This document shows positions 1 to 8,017 of a stretch of 8,017 bases of DNA, in pieces. The position numbers were made by a program, and so were the translations under genes. Below the pieces are notes generated by a model. The model made no database searches and was not told the DNA's origin. It saw only the letters and a list, made by a program, of their open reading frames with translations. Origin of the DNA: Amoebidium appalachense (Eukaryota; Protista; Ichthyosporea); assembly GCA_963693365.1 (NCBI GenBank), contig CAVNZM010000104.1, forward strand, positions 1 to 8,017, written 5' to 3'. How positions within the stretch are numbered: position 1 is the stretch's first letter; the number at the start of each line of letters is the position of its first letter.

Positions 1-488
1 ACACTTAGGCCACACTTAGAATAGCATGTGTGTTTAGACTTCATTAATTTACTTTAGTTTTCATGTGTTGCCGGGCTTTAACCAATCATTAAGGTTAAGT
101 GTGATATGTCTGAGTCTTTGCAGTATGTCATAGGTTAGAACTTCCTTGATGATGACACAAGTTGACCTTAACTAGTGTCTGTGTCCTATCGTGTGCGTCT
201 CCGCGTACCGGATATCTCTGAAAGCAATTGGTTCTTAGTGATTGGTTTCTATTAGAGATAGATCTGATTTCCGACTGGTCGGAAATCATGTATGGATTGG
301 ACTTAGGAGGAATTTCAGGTATTTATTCGAAGATCAGAATAAATTCAGTTCAGTCGTGTCTAAACATTGATGTCTGTTGTGTACACTGCTCCGATCGTTC
401 CGTGTTTTGTTGTTGTGTGTGTCTGTGGTGTTTTCACACTGCACCACTGTGTCTCTGCTTACATCCCAAATACTTATGTAATTTAACA
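1..488 (+). mobile_element. LTR-like repeat, copy 1 (3' part; cut by the window start)
   Basis: Aligns by eye to 2243-2728 with about 13 substitutions (12 transitions) and 2 single-base indels (about 97%). Similarity stops at ...TTTAACA (488), a CA terminus. AATAAA at 338-343. LTR identity and orientation are inferred. Confidence 0.7.
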
Positions 489-870
489 GATTTGGAGGGA
501 TGGGGACGAGATGGAAAAAGAAAAGGAGGTTTAGATGCACTTAAATCTGCACGGGGGCCCTGGGGGGACGTGGTTTATGGGGGGGGAGAGGGAGGGAAAG
601 TGGCCGCGGGGGGGGGGGGGGGGGGGGGAAGGGGAGAAAAGGGAAGGCAAGGGAATTATGGGGGTTGGTATGGAGGGGTGGGGATGAGTTGGGAAAGTAA
701 TAGGAGGTATGTATGCACCTAAATCTGCACGGGGGGTAATGGGGGGACGTGATTTAAGGGGGGGAGGGGGGAGGGAAAGTGGCCGGGGGGGGGAGGGGGG
801 GGAAAGTGGCCGGAGGGGGAGGGGGGGGGGGGGGGGGGGGGGGGGGGAGGGGAGGGAGGGAAGGAGGGAA
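489..870. repeat. G-rich tandem repeat A (about 178-bp unit, about 2 copies)
   Basis: The block GGAGGG.TGGGGA.GAG.TGG...AGGAGGT...ATGCAC.TAAATCTGCACGGGGG...GGGGACGTG.TTTA...GGGAAAGTGGCCG recurs with a 178-bp offset (ATGCAC at 535 and 713), interleaved with poly-G runs. Confidence 0.85.
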
Positions 871-1291
871 GGAGATTTATGCGGCAATCTTTTTATCTTT
901 TAAGCACGGGAGGGAGGTGGGCAATGAAGGGGAACAGAATTGGGGAAGGGGGAGGGGTGGGGAATATAACAGGACGTGGAGATAGATTTATTTCTACGTG
1001 GGGGATGAGGGGGGAACGTGCATTGGGGGGGGGGGAGGGGGGGAGGGGGGGGGGGGGGGGGAGGGGGAGGGGGGAGGGGGAGGGGGGAGGGGGAGGGGGA
1101 GGGAATGAGATTTATGCGGCAATCATTACATACAAAATATTTTATTATTATTACCGGAGGGAGGTGGGGAATGAAGGGGGGGAATGAAGGGGAACCGAAC
1201 TGGGGAAGGGGGAGGGGTGGGGAATTTAACAGGAAGTGGAGATAGACTTATTTCTACACGGGGGATGAGGGGGGAACGTGCATTTTTAGGG

Positions 1292-1325
<34 letters not shown>

Positions 1326-1425
1326 AGATTTATGCAGCAATGTTTTATAGTCGTTTAAGCACCGAAGGGAGGTGGGGAATGAAGGGAAACCGAACTGGGG
1401 AAGGGGAAGGGGTGGATCATAACAG
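871..1425. repeat. G-rich tandem repeat B (about 220-235-bp unit, about 2.4 copies)
   Basis: AGATTTATGC.GCAAT...AGGGAGGTGGG.AATGAAGGG.AAC.GAA.TGGGGAAGGGG recurs at about 873, 1109 and 1327. GTGGAGATAGA.TTATTTCTAC..GGGGATGAGGGGGAACGTGCATT is present in the first two copies. Unit length varies through poly-G runs. Confidence 0.85.
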
Positions 1426-1437
1426 AGGAGGTAGGAG

Positions 1438-3304
<1,867 letters not shown>

Positions 3305-3442
3305 GCACACACGTCATCCCCAACCAGCCCGTGTCATTTGTATGTATACCATAATGGTAACACGATGGTATACATGGTGATAGCAACGGGAACCATTCTG
3401 GTTATCATGTGAGATGTGAGTGTTAACATCGAACAGCGATGA

Positions 3443-3482
3443 TGTAACAATATGTCATAACAGTGTAACAATATGACAACAG
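3443..3482. repeat. Short tandem duplication (21/19 bp)
   Basis: TGTAACAATATGTCATAACAG followed by TGTAACAATATGACAACAG. Confidence 0.8.
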
Positions 3483-3544
3483 TGTGCACGGTAGTACTAC
3501 CCACACGAATGCACTATGTAACCCCGGTTTCCACTACCCTTCTA

Positions 3545-3739
<195 letters not shown>

Positions 3740-3747
3740 AACCACAG

Positions 3748-3902
3748 ATAATACCCTTTGTCATCAAGGACCTGCTTCCCTCTGCCAGTGCCAACAAGAC
3801 GGCAGAGCTCGTGTTCCGGAAATGGAACGACTGGTACAGCATGGCGAGCCAGACCTCCCACACCCCAACCACCCTCCGGAGGCTAACAGCAGCTTATGTT
3901 GA
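3748..3902 (+). CDS. Transposase exon A (IIPFVIKDLL...VFRKWNDWYSMASQTSHTPTTLRRLTAAYV-E)
   Basis: ccacag|ATA acceptor and GA|gtgagt donor; 155 nt ending in phase 2. It is the non-repetitive tail of ORF 3484..3906. Confidence 0.8.
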
Positions 3903-3933
3903 GTGAGTTATACCCCTAAGAGTGAGGTTATGA

Positions 3934-4104
3934 TGGAGAAAGGGGTAGAGGGAGGGAGGGGTAGAGGGTGGGAGGGGTAGAGGGTGGGAGAGGGAGAGGG
4001 GGAAGGAGAGGGAGAAGGGGAGAGGGAGGGAAAGGGGGAGAGTGTGTGTGTGTTAGTGTGTGTGTGTGGTTGGTAGTGTGTGTGTGGTCTCTCTCTCAAC
4101 TCGC

Positions 4105-4151
<47 letters not shown>

Positions 4152-4227
4152 CCCCCCCCCCCTTTCTTTCTCTCTCAGGCTCTCTCAGTCTCTCTCTCTC
4201 TCAGTCTGTCTCTCTCTGTCCCTCTAC
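3934..4227. repeat. Intronic low-complexity block: GA-rich, then (GT)n, then (CT)n/poly-C
   Basis: Purine tract at about 3934-4042, GT-rich tract at 4042-4086 and CT tract at 4088-4227, all inside intron 3903-4303. Confidence 0.9.
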
Positions 4228-4303
4228 TTGCACACTCATAAATGCACAAACATACACATGTATGACCTTTATCCCTCGTCCACCCCCCTCCACTTGATTG
4301 CAG

Positions 4304-4511
4304 GTTTGCGGAAGAGGCATATGCCCTCTTTTTCACCCAGACGGGAATTTCCAAAATGGAGCAACCCAAGTTCCATTTTGGAATCCACTATGAGGAGTGC
4401 ATATGTCTCTTTGGTATTCTGGAGACTGCACAAAGTGGAGAACGGTCACATAAGAAGTTCTGCAAAGTTCCTTACAAGCTGACCAACAAAAACAAAACGT
4501 TTGTTTGGCAG
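4304..4511 (+). CDS. Transposase exon B (FAEEAYALFF...MEQPKFHFGIHYEECICLFGILETAQSGERSHKKFCKVPYKLTNKNKTFVWQ)
   Basis: ttgcag|G acceptor completes the GAG codon from exon A; CAG|gtcagt donor; 208 nt. Carries the PKxH and ExxH motifs; the Glu of GERSH is the likely third DDE residue (inference). Confidence 0.88.
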
Positions 4512-4514
4512 GTC

Positions 4515-4550
<36 letters not shown>

Positions 4551-4587
4551 CTCGGGCCAATCCTCATACCATTCTCCATCCATACAG

Positions 4588-4726
4588 ATAGCAGGAAAGT
4601 TGCAGATATGGGATTCCATGGACGTGCATGCCAAATTCCGGGACTGTGTGGCAAAGGATGCACAGGAACCCCTCCCAGATGATGAGGTGGAGGTCCCGCC
4701 TGAGGCAGGCGATACGTGGATGCAAG
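4588..4726 (+). CDS. Transposase exon C (IAGKLQIWDSMDVHAKFRDCVAKDAQEPLPDDEVEVPPEAGDTWMQ-G)
   Basis: atacag|ATA acceptor after a 76-nt poly-C intron (4512-4587); CAAG|gtaaga donor; 139 nt ending in phase 1. Confidence 0.78.
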
Positions 4727-4995
4727 GTAAGAACCTCAAACATTCCCATTAGCACATAGTATGTTGCATAGTACACACTTCTTATGAAGTGCATATGAAG
4801 TGTGGAATATGCAATGAACAGTCAGCCCTCTTAGGCACCTAACATTTAACGTACAGCATGCAAGTGTACAGAGATTGAGCACGTGAATAACATCACGTGA
4901 TATATTTGTTGCCATATGGGTATCCAATATGTTACCGTGTATATCCCCTTGCTACCTTTAGGGATAAACATGATGGTATACGGCAGGTATACATA

Positions 4996-5041
4996 CACAG
5001 GTAAACAATACCGTGATATTTGCTGCGCCGATATCAACGCC
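4996..5041 (+). repeat. Left terminal inverted repeat
   Basis: CACAGGTAAACAATACCGTGATATTTGCTGCGCCGATATCAACGCC. Confidence 0.9.
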
Positions 5042-6390
5042 TATAACACATGTGCAGGGCATATTGATATTGTTGCGTCTGTAGCAACGTCGAGGGCTAA
5101 CCGTAGTATTGACGGGTGCAATTGTTGCACCTATTACCTTTGGAGGCCTAGACGTTGATCCCGACGGTGACAACTACACACACTGTGAAACTGGTTGTTC
5201 TATAGGCTCCGACGATAGCTGTGCTCCCCCCTCCCCCCCCCCCCCCCCCCTCTTCCCCACCCCCCCAAAACCACCTTCCCACCCACCCCGCCTCCTTTCC
5301 CAGCAAGCAGGCACCTGTGATTTTTGAATACACGTGATATCACACTTTATTTACGTGCTACTGCACGTTCAATCATAACACGTTCACTCATTTGAGGTGG
5401 TAACCGTATCACCTGGTTGCACCCATACAGTATCACATTTTGTTGCATGCTAAGGGTTGGGCGCTACTTTCCATTTTCTGGTAGGTGGGCTACATGTCAA
5501 TATAGGCATTTATCTATAACCCGAAATTCGTTGTATGCATACAAGGCTTGCTGGGCAGCTGTGACCTCCGTTTGTAATCTGGTCTGCACCAAACAAGAAT
5601 ACTATGTGTAGAAGCTACAAAGTCCAGAGCGATCAGAAAGAGACAAGCCTAGCTTCTCCAGGGGAGTCGGTTCTCAAAACTCCTAACTAGTTCGTGCACT
5701 TAGTCTTGTTAGCAATCGGCAACGAGTTGCCCCTCCTGCTCACCGTTAAACACTTTTGCAGTGCAAAAGATTCCTCGCCTCCTGCCGGATCGGTGGGGAA
5801 GACTTTTGACAGCTTTATCAAGCGCTTGGAAGTGCGACTTGAGCGCACGCGCCGCGCTGTGCTGCAGGTGTACGATGGGTGGGGAAAAAGTGAGCTTTGG
5901 CCCTTGAACAGCGAACACGTTAAAGGACAGGGATAGAAGGACGAGAGGTGGCTATAGTTAGTTGGCAAACTGTTCAGTAACCACGTGTAGCCCTAGCACG
6001 TAGCTCTTTGAAAGGCTAATGCACACCAGTTAAGGAGCGTGGTGAGGTCAGCCCGAACTACTTACGTTTGCATCTTTTTCTTCCTGTGAAGGTGCACGTT
6101 TGCTTTTGCAGGAGCACCAACCAATAACAAAAGGCTACGTAGAAGTCTACTGCGTATGAAGTAGCGTCGAACCAGCAAGTAATGATTACTATGAGTTAAA
6201 CAAAAGCACATATTATTTACGTCAATGCAATAACAACAGTAGCTGGCTACAACATCCGCCAAAGCTATCGCCGCGCAAACAACGACAAACAAAATGAAAG
6301 GCCCTCTTACCTTGAGCTGCACCGTGGCACTCCACCAGCTTCTCAAGTTCTGCTACCGGTCATTCTTAAGGCTAACCGTGGTTAAATGGC

Positions 6391-6431
6391 ACAGCGCTAT
6401 GTGTACTCAACAGCGCTACGTGTACTCAACA
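6391..6431. repeat. 19-bp tandem duplication
   Basis: ACAGCGCTATGTGTACTCA, then ACAGCGCTACGTGTACTCA (1 mismatch), then ACA. Confidence 0.85.
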
Positions 6432-7030
6432 ACTGCCGCGGAAGGGTACTTGTCGGTTGAACGCACATCTTCAGTGCTAGACAAAAATGACTGTCAGTCT
6501 CCACCAACTGAGGCAAGATTTTTTGTCGACATGACTCTTGGGATAAACATGGAATGCATAGAGCTCTTGGCGATTGGCTAGAAAAAAAGATCGGTGCAAA
6601 GCAATAAATGAGAAGTTTTAGTGTACTCATATGGACCACAATTTTGGTTTTATTTTATACATTTATTACATATAAAACAAAACATATTATAATTAATGCT
6701 ATATGTGCTACTTAATAAGTCTTAGTATATTCGTGTATGATGGAAACAGGGCCTGTATCAGTCCTATGAATTGGAATTGACTTCGTTCCATTTTGTGTCC
6801 GATAATTGGCTAATGGGTGTTCCAGCGGTTTTTTCGACTTCGTAAATTTTGTAAGTTGGCGGCGGTTATGCCCACGTAGGTTTGCAGTGAATGGCCGTGG
6901 GGCAGCTAGGAGAGCGAATTAATTATTGGAGGGGGCCCGGCCCGCGGGGGGCCACGGACAGGGGAGGGGGGTGGGGGGGGGGGGGGGGGGGGGGTCTCGG
7001 AATTGAGGGGGGGAGGGGTGTGTGGCCGGG

Positions 7031-7078
<48 letters not shown>

Positions 7079-7261
7079 GGCCACGGTGGCATATATATAT
7101 ATAGGCGTAGTCTGTATCATGCCAGGGGTACAGCAGACGGAGGCATGGACACGACAAGTACACTATCAGTGACATATACACTGCTACCGACACTGCCAGT
7201 AACAGTACTGATGCATGTGGCGGTAAAACGGGTGGGGTCAAACGCACCCCGTATTGATATC

Positions 7262-7307
7262 GGCGTTGATATCGGCGGTACCAATTTCACGGGATTGTTT
7301 ACCTGTG
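7262..7307 (-). repeat. Right terminal inverted repeat, overlapping a 12-bp tandem motif (TTGATATCGGCG x2 at 7254-7277)
   Basis: Reverse complement reads CACAGGTAAACAATCCCGTGAAATTGGTACCGCCGATATCAACGCC, 6 mismatches to the left TIR. Confidence 0.9.
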
Positions 7308-7439
7308 ATATGTATAACATGGTATATAATCTAGGTGACAAATGTATTCGTTGTGTTGACAGGGTCATATCCTATGTGATACAAATGGTATTGTAATGTA
7401 TACACGACTCACGTCTGCCTCAACGTGTTCATTTGGCAG

Positions 7440-8017
7440 GCAAGTGGAAATCCATTCACCTGTCCCGGCTCGACAAAACCGTGCCAAACCGTTTTGGCAA
7501 CCTGACCCACGACGCGCACCCCATTCTTCAGGAGAGGCCGTGGTTTAAAAACCTGAGCCACCATCTTAGGTCGTTCCTCGCCCTGCAGGGTGACGCAGCA
7601 GACGCGCCGCAAGGCCCTGTACGCAGGCGCACACTTCCCCTTCCAACGGACAGTAAGATATACCCTTTCAACAGCTGTTACATCAAACTCACTCTCAACG
7701 AAGAGCGCCCTTACTGTAGACATGTCTCGAGTCCTTCTTTCTATGGCCGCCCGCGCTTTGACAACATTGTTGTGGATGGTGGAGATGGGGTTGAATGGTA
7801 TGCTCAGGTGCACATGTTCTTCAAGTGTACGTATGAGAACACAACGTATGACCTAGCATTTGTTACGTTTTAAGAAAAAATGGGTTTTGATTCCGGCTTG
7901 TACTGCCCTAGGTTGAAAGATCCCAGCACACCTGAATATAGTGTCATTGAATGTGCTTCCATAAAGGGTCTGTTTCATTGTGTGCCCGAAACGTTGTGGG
8001 ATGATGGGGCACAAGCA
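7440..8017 (+). CDS. Transposase exon D (KWKSIHLSRL...SPSFYGRPRFDNIVVDGG...YDLAFVTF*EKMGFDSGLYCPRLKDPSTPEYSVIECASIKGLFHCVPETLWDDGAQA), runs off the window, internal stop
   Basis: ttggcag|GC acceptor with branch-like ACTCAC at 7407-7412; completes GGC with the G left by exon C. The frame stays open and motif-bearing for 48 codons after the TAA at 7871-7873. Confidence 0.82.

Larger units (their letters stand above)
4996..7307. mobile_element. Non-autonomous TIR DNA transposon (2312 bp), CAC...GTG termini, 3-bp TSD ATA; CMC/CACTA-like
   Basis: 46-bp terminal inverted repeats with 40/46 identity and the first 14 bp perfect. ATA at 4993-4995 and 7308-7310. No recognisable transposase inside. Lies in intron 4727-7439. 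Confidence 0.88.
3748..8017 (+). pseudogene. Spliced Plavaka-like (CMC/CACTA-related DDE) transposase gene, C-terminal part, with a premature stop; join(3748..3902,4304..4511,4588..4726,7440..>8017)
   Basis: Four exons with cag acceptors and gtgagt/gtcagt/gtaaga donors; intron phases 2, 0, 1 join without a frameshift into 1080 nt (360 codons). Motifs FRKWNDWY..ASQ, PKFH...HY...I.LFG...T...GERSH...CKVPYKLTNK and SPSFYGRPRFDNIVV...YAQVHMFF...YDLAFV...YSVIECASI...HCVP match, from memory, Plavaka-type transposases in the expected order. In-frame TAA at codon 312 (7871-7873). The N-terminal catalytic exons are not in the window. Confidence 0.82.

Noticed and set aside
228-722. 164-aa Cys-rich ORF and its counterpart at 2484..2831
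   Set aside because: Both lie in the LTR-like repeat. A 1-bp indel changes the frame between copies, the Cys content comes from TG-rich sequence, and both run into simple repeats.
5694-6639. Short ORFs inside the nested element as a transposase or accessory gene
   Set aside because: All are under 100 aa, overlap on both strands, and show no DDE, zinc-finger or other motif I recognise.
7022-7396. ORF containing DIGVDIGGTNF (and VIGVDIGAANI in ORF 4958..5173, - strand), resembling the ROK/sugar-kinase/hydantoinase phosphate-binding motif
   Set aside because: Both peptides are translations of the two TIR copies. The surrounding sequence is poly-Gly or unrelated, and the frames cross the element boundary.
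7409-7813. 134-aa minus-strand ORF, and the overlapping + ORF 7590..7856
   Set aside because: Shadow frames of transposase exon D with no recognisable motifs.
7433-7873. Stand-alone 146-aa gene starting at TTG 7433
   Set aside because: The start overlaps the ttggcag splice acceptor, and coding similarity continues upstream through exons A-C and downstream past the stop.

Overview
Eukaryotic, repeat-rich DNA made of nested transposable elements; no prokaryotic genes, RNA genes or CRISPR arrays are seen. The main hidden feature is a spliced DNA-transposase gene on the + strand that the ORF track splits into fragments. Four GT-AG exons (3748-3902, 4304-4511, 4588-4726, 7440 to beyond 8017) join in phase into 360 codons resembling the C-terminal part of a Plavaka-type (CMC/CACTA-related) transposase, with one in-frame TAA at 7871-7873. 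Its third visible intron holds a 2312-bp element (4996-7307) with 46-bp imperfect terminal inverted repeats starting CACAGGT and a 3-bp ATA target-site duplication, but no recognisable transposase. The left part contains two about 97% identical copies of a TG...CA LTR-like sequence (1-488 partial; 1805-2728 complete and probably a solo LTR inserted in a (CA)n tract), G-rich tandem repeats and a compound (CA)n/poly-C/poly-A satellite. Family assignments rest on motif recognition only, with no database search.
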